Source: a virus
Taxonomy: Duplodnaviria; Caudoviricetes
IMG/VR virus record: IMGVR_UViG_3300029171_000002
Coordinates: 1 to 64,000 of that record
DNA length: 64,000 bases
Direction: 5' to 3' (one strand)
In this document: piece by piece, positions 46,082 to 55,246 of the stretch
Layout: each line of letters begins with the position of its first letter
Numbering within the stretch: position 1 is the first letter of the stretch
Notes under the pieces: generated by a model
What the model was told of the DNA's origin: nothing
Database searches by the model: none
Seen by the model: only the letters and a program-made list of their open reading frames with translations
Made by a program: the position numbers and the translations under genes

Positions 46082-46083
46082 GA

Positions 46084-46413
46084 TTACTCCGCAGCGATCA
46101 AACTACTGGCCTGCTCTTTCAACCCATCCAACAACGAGGTTCCACGACTTTCAATCGCTTCAAATGCAGCTTCGGCCTTCTGCTCTGGCGTAGGTGGTGG
46201 CACGTAGCCTGGGTCTGGGCCAACGATAACGAAGAGACACGGGCAAGGGATTGGCTCAGAGACGCCGTTGTGAATATTGTTTCCAACGAAGCCACGGCCG
46301 TAGCACTTGCCACAGTTCAGCTTGGGCTCCATGTAAAAGACCTTCTCGCCCTGCGTCATCTTCTGATTGTTCTTGAGCCTGCGAAATCCGGTTTCGATTA
46401 TAAATTCCATCAC
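46084..46413 (-). CDS. CxxCxGxG zinc-finger protein
   Basis: CGKCYGRG...CPC. Confidence 0.6.
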   Translation of the reverse strand: MMEFIIETGFRRLKNNQKMTQGEKVFYMEPKLNCGKCYGRGFVGNNIHNGVSEPIPCPCLFVIVGPDPGYVPPPTPEQKAEAAFEAIESRGTSLLDGLKEQASSLIAAE

Positions 46414-46640
46414 ATCTTCCTTTCCGGTGTTTTTGCGTCCATCAAATTCATTGCCGCTGCCTGAACGCGCTCAGACTCTTCAAGCTCAAACACGATCTTT
46501 CGCTCCAAACGTAGCAGTTGAATCCGCATCAATCCGATCTGATCCAACATGCTCAGGCCTTCGCCACTGCTCTGGATCACACCGATCTGGTCCGGCGTGT
46601 CTGCACCATCATTCACATCAATTCGAAGCCAGCCTTTCAT
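46410..46640 (-). CDS. Hypothetical protein
   Basis: 76 aa, coupled by overlap. Confidence 0.5.
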   Translation of the reverse strand: MKGWLRIDVNDGADTPDQIGVIQSSGEGLSMLDQIGLMRIQLLRLERKIVFELEESERVQAAAMNLMDAKTPERKM

Positions 46641-46649
46641 TCTTGCCTC

Positions 46650-47084
46650 TCAGAAACTTGGTTCTTGCGGTTCAAGATCAGCAACTAACCATTGGTTCTC
46701 ACCATCCCTGAATTTCTTGAAACACTCCAAGGCTCGCCTTCCCTCACGAACAGATCCATGATACATCTGACAGATTTCTGCTGGAGTGAATTTCAAGCTA
46801 AGTGGAATTGGAAATCCATTGAACCATAGCCAGCCTGGACGCATATCTGTTCTTTCAATAAGCAGCAGCGCACCTTTTGCGGCATCATCAATAGTCCCAC
46901 CACCCTTATTAAAATCAAAGTGCCAGACTCCACAAGGGTCTTGTGTCACCTTAAAACGAACCCAACAACCGCAGTCAAGCTTAAAAGTCACTTCATTTTC
47001 AGATCTCCATTCAAAGATCAGGCCTTCACCTTTAACGAGAGAGGCTGCGCCAAACCCACATCCCCTTATGGCTCTGCGGCTCAT
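46650..47084 (-). CDS. Hypothetical protein starting MSRRAIRG
   Basis: GAGGA RBS, ATGA overlap. Confidence 0.6.
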   Translation of the reverse strand: MSRRAIRGCGFGAASLVKGEGLIFEWRSENEVTFKLDCGCWVRFKVTQDPCGVWHFDFNKGGGTIDDAAKGALLLIERTDMRPGWLWFNGFPIPLSLKFTPAEICQMYHGSVREGRRALECFKKFRDGENQWLVADLEPQEPSF

Positions 47085-47614
47085 TCCTCATCCCTCGTGT
47101 ACTGAAGACTCCGAATCCGCTCTTCTTTCATCTGCTTGAAGATCTCTTCCACATCACCATTCGTCACCGTAGCCGCAATCTCGGCCTGCTCACGCAAACC
47201 CGCATCCTCTTCGTCATAGCCGTGGATCTCGCCAGAACCGCCAGGGCGAGTGAAGTTGGGAACCGGGAAGGGTTGCCCAGAAGAGAAGGGTGGCGGTTGC
47301 TGTCTCGGCATGTTCGACATGTAGACATACGCTGTCGAGAACAATGACCTGATCCCGTGCAGCACCGCTGCCATCGCAAAGGCTCCGTACATCTGCTCTT
47401 TTGACATCGCTGGCAGCCACGAGAAATCAAGCGTGGTGATCACTGCTCGCAACTCAAAGCGATAGTAAAACAGCAGGAGAAAGATCAGCAGGTATCGGAG
47501 CTTGCGAGAGCTGCTGAGTTCCAGCACGGGGGCTTTCAACCGCTTCAGACGCTGCCACGACTCCCATGTCGCCGTCCAGGCAATGCGCACCGCGATGTGG
47601 AACCATTGTTTCAT
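47081..47614 (-). CDS. Membrane protein with acidic C-terminus
   Basis: Two hydrophobic segments. Confidence 0.6.
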   Translation of the reverse strand: MKQWFHIAVRIAWTATWESWQRLKRLKAPVLELSSSRKLRYLLIFLLLFYYRFELRAVITTLDFSWLPAMSKEQMYGAFAMAAVLHGIRSLFSTAYVYMSNMPRQQPPPFSSGQPFPVPNFTRPGGSGEIHGYDEEDAGLREQAEIAATVTNGDVEEIFKQMKEERIRSLQYTRDEE

Positions 47615-47754
47615 TTTATTTCATCCTGAAGAGATTGGAATCCAGAGATAACACCCAAGCAAAGACAGAAAACAACATATCCGATCTTCACTCCCAGAAA
47701 AGCCATAGCGGTCGAACAAGCCAACAAAAACACGCTAAAAATTCTCCATCCCAT
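47611..47754 (-). CDS. 47-aa membrane peptide (below ORF-track cut-off)
   Basis: MGWRIFSVFLLAC...; ATGA overlap at 47611; fills the gap. Confidence 0.5.
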   Translation of the reverse strand: MGWRIFSVFLLACSTAMAFLGVKIGYVVFCLCLGVISGFQSLQDEIK

Positions 47755-47764
47755 CTCAATCCCT

Positions 47765-48019
47765 TTATCTGTACTGCGCAGGCATTTCCGATCTTAAATG
47801 CCCACATCGAGAACACTGCCACGGATTCACCCATGCGACTCGACCAAAATACATCACATCGCGAAACACCCAATGATGGCCAAGAATAAAGCAAGTCATG
47901 CCCGGAGAGAGCTTGAACATGCCCAAGCGGACCTTGTCCAAAAAGCTGAACGATGGTTCGGCAATCGCTTCCGTGCCACGACTTTCTTCAGGTTGAGGAC
48001 CACCACGAATACATCGCAT
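47765..48019 (-). CDS. Small protein starting MRCIRGG with CxxxGH...CxRC zinc motif
   Basis: CFILGHHW...CSRCG. Confidence 0.55.
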   Translation of the reverse strand: MRCIRGGPQPEESRGTEAIAEPSFSFLDKVRLGMFKLSPGMTCFILGHHWVFRDVMYFGRVAWVNPWQCSRCGHLRSEMPAQYR

Positions 48020-48175
48020 CGCTTCATTTGTCAGAGCTGCGGGCCGGGCTTACCTTAAAGGTGTTACCGACTATCCAGGTTCCGTCATGGACGTTGCCTT
48101 TACGCACGGCGTAGGCTGCAATTCCAATCCAATGAAAAGCAGGATTGCGACCAGCTTTGTTGACGCCGCAGCTTT

Positions 48176-48376
48176 CTATTCTTTCCGATCATTTGCCTGA
48201 ATCTTACCCTGCAATGTCGAGTGCAAGGCTCCACAGTTTGGGCAAGCGAGAACTGTTACCGAACCAAGGTGCATTGTCCCCATCCGGGCTACCAACGCAC
48301 CGCCATCACGGGCGTAGACATCGAGTCTGCCAAATGCGTCCCTGTCGGCTTCCAGCATGCAAACGTAGCATTTCAT
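48176..48376 (-). CDS. Small zinc-ribbon protein
   Basis: CYVC...CPNCG. Confidence 0.6.
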   Translation of the reverse strand: MKCYVCMLEADRDAFGRLDVYARDGGALVARMGTMHLGSVTVLACPNCGALHSTLQGKIQANDRKE

Positions 48377-48378
48377 GG

Positions 48379-48615
48379 TTACTCAACCGTACCAGTTTCG
48401 TTAGCTAGCGTATGTCCAAACTCGTCGGAAGCCACGATGTTGCATATTGACCCTCCAGGAAGGGCTATCTCGACGGGAGGTTTTTCGGCTAGCATGATCA
48501 GAACACCGTTACAGAATATTCGGTATGTATCAGCATCCGGCACTAGATCCCAATCCAACCTGTACAACTTAAGCTTTGGGATATTGTCCGGGTTTCGTAT
48601 CGCTCGGCGAGGCAT
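48379..48615 (-). CDS. FN3-like mini-protein starting MPRRAIRN
   Basis: LDWDLVPDADTYRIF...IVASDEFG. Confidence 0.55.
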   Translation of the reverse strand: MPRRAIRNPDNIPKLKLYRLDWDLVPDADTYRIFCNGVLIMLAEKPPVEIALPGGSICNIVASDEFGHTLANETGTVE

Positions 48616-48738
48616 AGTTTCAACCCGCAGGTCGGATCAGCCGACCGTTCGCTACCCAGGAGACCAGCGCGGGACCGTCCTCGCCCGCAAGCGTCGGATT
48701 GGCTTCCATTGTCCGTGTTCGCGCACACGCCGCTGCGG

Positions 48739-49311
48739 CTACTCAACCACTTCACCTTCCTGAAACGTCTCTGACTGCTGCTTCCGGATCTTCTGCAACG
48801 ACTTCTCAAAGTCAAACCCGCCAGCACCTTGATTGTTGTTCTGGTTCAATTGAACGTTGACGACATTCGCAGGCGCATCGGCTTGGCCCTTCTCCGGGCT
48901 CATCTGCGTGGTCTTACGGAAGTGCTCAAGTCCGGCACTCAAAGCTGTGTTGTCTCGGATTGTGTCGATCTCAATACCCCCATCAGGGAGAGTTCGAACA
49001 ACGTCTTGCTTACCTTCAAGAAGCTCTTCCTGTGCGCGGAGGTAGCTCTTGCTCTGCTCTCTACGGGCCTTCTGTCGCAACTTCTCGTTCTCAATCGCCC
49101 CGTTATGTTTCAGCCGCATCAACTCGGCGTTGCGCCTGACAGCATCTTGCTGCTCACCGCGCTGAATCGACGCCCTGACCTGGGCTTCTTCGATCTCATC
49201 AGCTACAGCGATCTGCTCCAGAGACTCTCCGGCCATGTAACGGTTGTAACGCTCAAGATCAGAGACAAGATTTTTCAGCTTCGCGATCGCCATGCCACGG
49301 CCACGCTTCAC
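48739..49311 (-). CDS. Terminase small subunit candidate
   Basis: HTH-like N-terminus, helical core, NVVNVQLN strand; GTG start overlapping the upstream TGA. Confidence 0.45.
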   Translation of the reverse strand: MKRGRGMAIAKLKNLVSDLERYNRYMAGESLEQIAVADEIEEAQVRASIQRGEQQDAVRRNAELMRLKHNGAIENEKLRQKARREQSKSYLRAQEELLEGKQDVVRTLPDGGIEIDTIRDNTALSAGLEHFRKTTQMSPEKGQADAPANVVNVQLNQNNNQGAGGFDFEKSLQKIRKQQSETFQEGEVVE

Positions 49312-49742
49312 CGCAGTCGTTTTTTCAGGCGCGTCAGATGTCCCTTTAGTGTTGCGATCTCTCTTAGTTTGGCTCTGTACTGCGCGGATAGATCGTGTTC
49401 GACCTGCGTCATCAGTCCGCTCAGCAACGATTCCGGCTTCTTGTCTGGACAAAAGTATCTCCAGTTTCTGCTGCCAAAGCAGCGTTCCAGTAAGCGTTCT
49501 GGCATTTGCTCCGAGTCAACATCCCAGAGCTGAACCCGTGGACCTGATTTGCGTGCTTGCTGAACCGCATAAATCTCTTTGGAAAAAAATCGATAACTCC
49601 CGCGTTTATTCAGTCGATGGTAGGGCAAAATCCCAAGATTGGCTAGCCGAATTACATGACGTGGCGTCACGTTGAGAATGATTCCGACCGCTCGGGAATC
49701 AAGGACTTCTTGGGTTGAGTCGAGTCTACTACTCTTCGCCAT
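49308..49742 (-). CDS. Excisionase/MerR-type HTH DNA-binding protein
   Basis: LDSRAVGIILNVTPRHVIRLANLGILPYHRL...YRF. Confidence 0.7.
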   Translation of the reverse strand: MAKSSRLDSTQEVLDSRAVGIILNVTPRHVIRLANLGILPYHRLNKRGSYRFFSKEIYAVQQARKSGPRVQLWDVDSEQMPERLLERCFGSRNWRYFCPDKKPESLLSGLMTQVEHDLSAQYRAKLREIATLKGHLTRLKKRLR

Positions 49743-49748
49743 GCAAAC

Positions 49749-50096
49749 CTACTCGGCAAGGGCTCTGACCACACCTCTGAAGATATAGTCTTTGGCCTGC
49801 TGAGCCAAGGGCAGATCCTCGAACGGAACCATGCAAGGGTGCTGCTTGAATTCAGGCAATTTCTCTGGACCATACACCCAACCATCTGCATCTTTCTGAG
49901 CGAACCACGATTCGTGGCTGGCCTTCGGTCCGGCATCTGGGTTAGTGATGTGCAGATTCACACCAACAATCGCACTCTTCTTGGCCCATTCCGGTGCCTG
50001 CTCCCACGGTAACTGAGTATTGTCGCCTTGCGACTGACAGTAGGCTCGGTTTACTTCGTGACAAACACGAGCAATTTCTTCAACGCTGAGTTTCAT
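49749..50096 (-). CDS. Stand-alone RyR-domain protein
   Basis: SHESW...GWVYG...KQHPCMVPFEDLP...KD. Confidence 0.8.
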   Translation of the reverse strand: MKLSVEEIARVCHEVNRAYCQSQGDNTQLPWEQAPEWAKKSAIVGVNLHITNPDAGPKASHESWFAQKDADGWVYGPEKLPEFKQHPCMVPFEDLPLAQQAKDYIFRGVVRALAE

Positions 50097-50449
50097 GATG
50101 CCTCCACACTTAAAGCCTCAACAACCTTCTGAGCCTTCTGATCAATATTCTCCCAACGCAGGGAGACATGCAGGACTGGGATGCCAACCGCGTTACGCTT
50201 CCGGGCACAGAACAAAAAGCTTCCATTCTCCGGCTGCATCAGATACTTCAGAACGCGATCCAGCTTTGTGATCTTGATCCGACACTTCTCAGCCCACTCG
50301 CTGCGCCTACGCTCAATCCACTGCACTCCCGACTTCTCGACCGTGCCGTTTTTCCAATCCTGTACGGCCTGGCGCATGAAGATTCCAGCTTCGATCGTGC
50401 CGGTCAAATCGGTCCAAAACTCAAAATCATCGCGTTCCGTCCAGTCCAT
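50093..50449 (-). CDS. First leftward gene, hypothetical
   Basis: ATG 50449 at the predicted +1 of the leftward promoter. Confidence 0.55.
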   Translation of the reverse strand: MDWTERDDFEFWTDLTGTIEAGIFMRQAVQDWKNGTVEKSGVQWIERRRSEWAEKCRIKITKLDRVLKYLMQPENGSFLFCARKRNAVGIPVLHVSLRWENIDQKAQKVVEALSVEAS

Positions 50450-50455
50450 AAATGA

Positions 50456-50553
50456 ACAATACAACCAATTTCAGATTCGCGCAAGACTATTTTGCGTAAT
50501 TCTTAAATCTATTTCATTTTTCACTTGCATCTGATTTCCTGTTTATCTAAAAT
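50456..50553. promoter_or_regulatory. Divergent sigma70-type promoters
   Basis: Rightward TTGCAT 50525-30, 17 nt, TAAAAT 50548-53; leftward TTGCGC 50484-79, 17 nt, TATTGT 50461-56; CGCAA-N7-TTGCG inverted repeat over the leftward -35; AT-rich strand switch. Confidence 0.65.
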
Positions 50554-50574
50554 CGTAGTTGGGTAATTAATCAC

Positions 50575-50904
50575 ATGGCACGAAGAGCAATCAGGGGTGG
50601 GGAGAAACCGCTACCGCAGTGGGCAGCAGATAGTCTGAATACTGTTAGCGTCGAGCTCCGGGGAGATCCGCTTGGAGGTTACTTCCTGAGTCGTCCAACA
50701 CATCTGATTAGGCCAAATGGAGATGTTGCTATCACTTTCGTGGTCTCGGGACTGGTTCCCGGAGATAGGGTTGTAGGCTATGTGTTGTCGTTCTATAGCG
50801 AAACGCTTGGTCGTCAGAAAAACGAAGGCTATCTTGTGCCACCGCTGGAAGCGGACGAGGAGTACAAGGAGTACGAAATTACGGTTGATCTGAGGGTGCG
50901 ATGA
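50575..50904 (+). CDS. First rightward gene, starts MARRAIRGG
   Basis: 109 aa beta-rich. Confidence 0.65.
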   Translation: MARRAIRGGEKPLPQWAADSLNTVSVELRGDPLGGYFLSRPTHLIRPNGDVAITFVVSGLVPGDRVVGYVLSFYSETLGRQKNEGYLVPPLEADEEYKEYEITVDLRVR

Positions 50905-51245
50905 CTCGGCGTGCGATCCGTGGCGGCACAGAAAATTACCTTAAACTCGTGGTCCTGCCGAGCCTGAAGTCTGGGTTGATCCTTTTGGATTCTTCTTTTA
51001 CCGGAAAGCAATTCAAGGAATGGCGCAAAGGTGGGCGTGAGGTCAATATGACGGAGAACGAGCTTCGCATCACCGACTATTTTGACATCCGTGGCGCCTA
51101 CCCCGTTCCGAACGTTCTGGGAGCCTGGTATCAGTATCAGCAGGCAACGATTGTGGGCTTGGGGAATCACTACAATTTCAGCACGGTTGAACCTGCCAAG
51201 CAGGATCCGCTCTTGCTCTGCACGAGGTATGTGATTAAGGGATAG
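50901..51245 (+). CDS. Hypothetical protein starting MTRRAIRGG
   Basis: ATGA overlap. Confidence 0.65.
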   Translation: MTRRAIRGGTENYLKLVVLPSLKSGLILLDSSFTGKQFKEWRKGGREVNMTENELRITDYFDIRGAYPVPNVLGAWYQYQQATIVGLGNHYNFSTVEPAKQDPLLLCTRYVIKG

Positions 51246-51277
51246 TTGAATTAAAGAGGCACTGGAGAGGCCTTTTC

Positions 51278-51562
51278 ATGAAGATCATCGCAACTCAAGG
51301 CAGTGATCACTTTCTGTGCGTAGTCTCGAAGGATGAGATTGCAAACCTAATTGGTTACTACTCAAAGTACGACAGAGACTTTCCGGCGGTCAAAGAAGGC
51401 AGCGTAATAGACATCAATGGGATGTACCGACTAGCTGCCAACATGGCAAGTATCCACGACAAACTTAAAGGTGCCAATGAGGCATTACGAACTTGCGCTA
51501 ACTTGGTCGACCACATTGCGATTGACAAACTAATCATTAATACAGAGGAGGTGAAATCTTGA
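51278..51562 (+). CDS. Hypothetical protein
   Basis: GGAG RBS. Confidence 0.6.
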   Translation: MKIIATQGSDHFLCVVSKDEIANLIGYYSKYDRDFPAVKEGSVIDINGMYRLAANMASIHDKLKGANEALRTCANLVDHIAIDKLIINTEEVKS

Positions 51563-52833
51563 AAATCGTAAGCCTTAAAACGGAGAACTTTAAGAAGTTG
51601 ATTGCCGTCAACATCGAACCCAAAGATAGTCTTGTCCCGATTAAGGGCAAGAACGCTGCCGGAAAGAGTTCAGTGCTAGAGTCCATTGAAATCGCCATTG
51701 GCGGCATGGCCCATGCTCCAGAGCAACCAATCCGCAAAGGCCAGAAGAAGGCCGAGATTGTCGTCGATCTTGGAGAGCTGATCGTGCGTCGCAGCATCAC
51801 GCCGAGCGGGGGCACGTTGGTTGTAACGACCAAGGACGGCGTACCACAGAAGACACCACAGGCTATCCTGGACAAGCTCTACGGCACTCTCAGTTTCGAT
51901 CCCCTGGCATTTTCACGACAGACGGCTCAGGAGCAAGGCAAGGTTTTGCGGGATCTTCTGAAGCTTGATTTCTCGACGCTAGATGCTGAACGAGCCAAAG
52001 CCTACACCGACCGTACTCTGTTTGGTCGCCTAGTCGCTCAGATCGAAGCCAGAATGAAAGTGTTCCCTCCAATTCCGGAGAGCGTCCCGGATGAAGAGGT
52101 TTCGGCTACAGACATCATCAATGAAAAACGTGATGCCGATGCGACCAACAAAGATAACAAGAATCAGCGCGAGGAAGCGGCGGCTGCGCAGGTAGTGGCC
52201 GACAATTACTTGGCCGAGACCGAGAGGATTCAGGGCAAGATCACTCAACTGCAAACAGAATTGTCTTTGCTCCAAGACGACTACCTGAAGGCCTGCGAGG
52301 TTGCCATGGCTCTATCAGAAGCGGCCGACAAACTCGTCGACATCCCCGTCACTGATTTCTACGACAGAATCGCCGGCATCGAGAAAACCAACGCCGCGGT
52401 TCGTGCCAAGAAAGAAGTCAAGAAGACAGAAGCCGAGCTTGCGGAGGCCAGACGACGTCACTCTGAGCTCGACAAAGCTATCGCCAAAATCGACGACGAA
52501 AAGCAGTCAAAGATTGCCAGTGCGCCTTTCCCAATTCCCGGCATGTCATTCAACGATGCCGGCGTGGTCATGTACCAGGGCGTGCCGTTCTCGCAAGCCA
52601 GCTCTGCCGAACAGCTCCGCGTCTCTTTGGCCATGGGCATTGCCCTGAATCCGAAGCTACGGGTTCTGCTGATTCGAGATGGTTCGCTCTTGGACGACGA
52701 CAACCTGAAGCTGATTGCGGAGATGGCGACGGAGAAGGACATGCAGGTGTGGATCGAGACGATCAATTCGGACAGCCCCAGTGCTGTGCTGATCGAGGAT
52801 GGTGCGGTAAAAGAAGACTCAGTAAACGCTTAG
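51559..52833 (+). CDS. SMC/SbcC-like ABC-type ATPase
   Basis: GKNAAGKSS Walker A, long coiled coil, ASSAE signature, LLIRDGSLLD. Confidence 0.85.
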   Translation: MKIVSLKTENFKKLIAVNIEPKDSLVPIKGKNAAGKSSVLESIEIAIGGMAHAPEQPIRKGQKKAEIVVDLGELIVRRSITPSGGTLVVTTKDGVPQKTPQAILDKLYGTLSFDPLAFSRQTAQEQGKVLRDLLKLDFSTLDAERAKAYTDRTLFGRLVAQIEARMKVFPPIPESVPDEEVSATDIINEKRDADATNKDNKNQREEAAAAQVVADNYLAETERIQGKITQLQTELSLLQDDYLKACEVAMALSEAADKLVDIPVTDFYDRIAGIEKTNAAVRAKKEVKKTEAELAEARRRHSELDKAIAKIDDEKQSKIASAPFPIPGMSFNDAGVVMYQGVPFSQASSAEQLRVSLAMGIALNPKLRVLLIRDGSLLDDDNLKLIAEMATEKDMQVWIETINSDSPSAVLIEDGAVKEDSVNA

Positions 52834-52841
52834 AGGCACCT

Positions 52842-53222
52842 ATGAAAATCACTAAACACATTGGCGATGTCACAAAACAGGAGTCGCGGATAGTTGAAAC
52901 TGAAACACAAGAAGAGAGGGATGCTTGCTTAACTGCAGCCTCAAAGGAATGCGGTGCGTGGAACGGTCGAAAAATATGTGGGAAATCACCAGCGAAAGAG
53001 ATCCACTCTTTAGATCCGATCTTGCTATTTTCCGCTTACAGAACTGCCATGATTGAAACAGCGGATGGATTCTTGTACGCGAGTTGGCTTTGCTCTGATC
53101 ATTATCCTAAGAATGAAGGCGACACTGAATCCATCATAAAAGACATGGATCCAGAACTATGGAAATCACAACAAGTTCAGTACTTGGAGTTTTTCAGACT
53201 CAACTCTAGTAACACTCATTAA
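52842..53222 (+). CDS. Hypothetical protein
   Basis: GAGG RBS before ATG 52842. Confidence 0.55.
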   Translation: MKITKHIGDVTKQESRIVETETQEERDACLTAASKECGAWNGRKICGKSPAKEIHSLDPILLFSAYRTAMIETADGFLYASWLCSDHYPKNEGDTESIIKDMDPELWKSQQVQYLEFFRLNSSNTH

Positions 53223-53245
53223 CAACCACAATAAGAAGGAGGAGC

Positions 53246-53626
53246 ATGCCAAAAACAAAGAAGCTCACAGAAGATCAATTGATGGTTCCACAAAAGTCTG
53301 AACTTGACGTGGTCGAAGAGGCTGGAATCGCCTTTAATCCTGAAACTCAATTCATTGATCTATCAAAAGAAGAAAAGAGGCGGACGACGAGCTTATTGAT
53401 GGCAATTCAAGCCTACCGAGAATTGATCATCAAAGACGCTGATTATTTGCGCGAAGCATCCAATTTGGCTGAACGCAATAAAGGACCGGCCATTCAGCCA
53501 GCAACCATTGATGCGATGCTTGATGCGGCTTTGAAGTTTGACCTGTTTATTTCTGGGAAACTTGAGGAATCAGCGAAGGAAGAGTTGGAAGAAATCGCGA
53601 AGGGTGGAGAGAGTGCAGAAGGTTAA
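53246..53626 (+). CDS. Hypothetical protein
   Basis: AAGGAGGAG RBS. Confidence 0.65.
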   Translation: MPKTKKLTEDQLMVPQKSELDVVEEAGIAFNPETQFIDLSKEEKRRTTSLLMAIQAYRELIIKDADYLREASNLAERNKGPAIQPATIDAMLDAALKFDLFISGKLEESAKEELEEIAKGGESAEG

Positions 53627-53631
53627 TACTG

Positions 53632-54063
53632 ATGCGAGCAATCAGAGGCGTCAACCTCGACGGGAAAATAGTTTGGATGTTGGACTATTGCAAACGCAAT
53701 GGTGCGCAACTTTCCCTTCAGGGTGAATGTGGATTCTGGAGACCCTGTGTTGGCATTCTTGTCAACGGTCTCTACCCAGACTATGAGTGGTGGGACAAGG
53801 ATTACAGTAATCAACTCGACAAGAATGGTGAGGTCTGGAAGCCGAGAAGTGCTTATCACAAACACCCATGCGTGGCAGTTCTCGGACACGATGAGGACTC
53901 TATAAATCAGCTTTGGTTGTGGCTGCAATGGTTTGAAGACAATGGATTCAAGATCGAAGTTGGTGGAATTGACATCGAGCCAAAGCATGCTCTTTTCCAC
54001 GGCTTGATGGGGACTGACAAGTTTGCGCGGATGGTTAGAGGTAGCAGTGAACTTTCACAATAA
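53632..54063 (+). CDS. Hypothetical protein starting MRAIRG
   Basis: GECGF...CVGI...YHKHPCVAV. Confidence 0.6.
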   Translation: MRAIRGVNLDGKIVWMLDYCKRNGAQLSLQGECGFWRPCVGILVNGLYPDYEWWDKDYSNQLDKNGEVWKPRSAYHKHPCVAVLGHDEDSINQLWLWLQWFEDNGFKIEVGGIDIEPKHALFHGLMGTDKFARMVRGSSELSQ

Positions 54064-54074
54064 AAGGAGGAGCG

Positions 54075-54323
54075 ATGGCTCAAACAGGCGAAATGGCAGT
54101 ACTGGACAGGACCGGGGACACGAAAACCACATGGGACAGAAACAATGCGGACGAAGTCAGCTTCGCACGTAAGCAATTCGATGACTTCAAAAAGAAAGGA
54201 TTTGCCGCCTTCAGTGTGACCAAGAAGGGGGATAAGGACGAACAGATTTCTGATTTTGATCCTGCGGCAGAGCGCATCATTTTTGTCCCACAAATCAAAG
54301 GGGGTGCGCTTGGCTACGATTGA
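54075..54323 (+). CDS. Small protein with ThiS/ubiquitin-like IIFVPQIKGG near the C-terminus
   Basis: AAGGAGG RBS; GG followed by 5 extra residues. Confidence 0.65.
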   Translation: MAQTGEMAVLDRTGDTKTTWDRNNADEVSFARKQFDDFKKKGFAAFSVTKKGDKDEQISDFDPAAERIIFVPQIKGGALGYD

Positions 54324-55008
54324 GATCACTGGATCAGCAGGGGCAGGAGTTTGGAGGTATTGGTGTGAGACCTCCACCGCCACGGCCTATTATGCTGGCA
54401 CGTCGAATTATGTTGGCCCATGGGAGTATTGGTGTTCTGGAGGTACATCCACAACCCCTACAAGCACAATCACCGACACGATCTACAAGGCGTGGGTCAT
54501 TAAGTCTTCTGAGGATGAGGGTTCTGCTTATGCCAGCCAGATTCGCCCAAAGCAGTCCCACATTGAATCCGAGGCCGACAGAACGGCACGTCTTCAGCGA
54601 GAACAGGCCAACAGGCAGGCAGCAGAGCTGCAGCGTCTCAACGAACTCGCTCGGCGTGAAGCCGCTGTCAAAGAACGCGAAGCGGCTGTGGCAAAGGCTG
54701 AAAGACTTCTTCTTGAAACACTGAAAGAAGAGCAGCGCAAGCAGTACCAGAAAGATCGTCATTTTGACGTGATCACCAAGGATGGCAAGCGCAGGTATCG
54801 CATCCACCACGGCAGTTCAGGGAATGTGAAGCTCTTGAACGAGAAAGGTCACAGCGTCAAGAGCTACTGCATTCACGCCGTGGATCAAGGCATTCCGAAC
54901 GAAGACAATATGTTGTTGCAGAAGCTTCTGATTGAGCATGACGAAGAGAGGTTCTTGAAGACGGCCAATATCTCGAATGTCCACCAGCCCGAACAAAGAA
55001 CCGCGTAA
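54310..55008 (+). CDS. Trp/Thr-rich N-terminus + coiled coil + conserved-looking YCIH domain
   Basis: TTG start after GGGGG; RYRI...YCIH...DNMLLQKL. Confidence 0.6.
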   Translation: MATIEITGSAGAGVWRYWCETSTATAYYAGTSNYVGPWEYWCSGGTSTTPTSTITDTIYKAWVIKSSEDEGSAYASQIRPKQSHIESEADRTARLQREQANRQAAELQRLNELARREAAVKEREAAVAKAERLLLETLKEEQRKQYQKDRHFDVITKDGKRRYRIHHGSSGNVKLLNEKGHSVKSYCIHAVDQGIPNEDNMLLQKLLIEHDEERFLKTANISNVHQPEQRTA

Positions 55009-55045
55009 GTCTAGTTTCATTCAAAGCCACATCTACGAAGAGGGG

Positions 55046-55246
55046 ATGGCGAGGGTTATCGGGTTCGATGCCTTCGCCTTTGCCCAAGATCCTCAGATTT
55101 GCTGGCACTGCGGTGGCGATAAGAAGTGTGCTTGTGCAGGTTGTGGGAATTCTCAAATGAAAGATGGTCAATGGGTAACAGGCTCAGGTAAGTGTGAGTG
55201 CTGCAAAGGCTCGGGGTTGCTGGTCTGGGCAGATGAGGTGATTTAA
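55046..55246 (+). CDS. Cys-rich zinc-finger protein
   Basis: CWHC, CACAGC, CECCKG; GAGGGG RBS. Confidence 0.6.
   Translation: MARVIGFDAFAFAQDPQICWHCGGDKKCACAGCGNSQMKDGQWVTGSGKCECCKGSGLLVWADEVI

Noticed and set aside
47688-47894. ORF-track 68-aa minus ORF
   Set aside because: It overlaps two better-supported genes; a 47-aa ORF at 47611..47754 fits the gap with a normal ATGA overlap
356-48827. Many long plus-strand ORFs (e.g. 1279..2046, 3535..4239, 6673..7485, 12613..13701, 15267..15782, 20559..21374)
   Set aside because: They are antisense shadows of well-supported minus-strand genes, with no recognisable motifs or RBS; only 9042..9608 was kept
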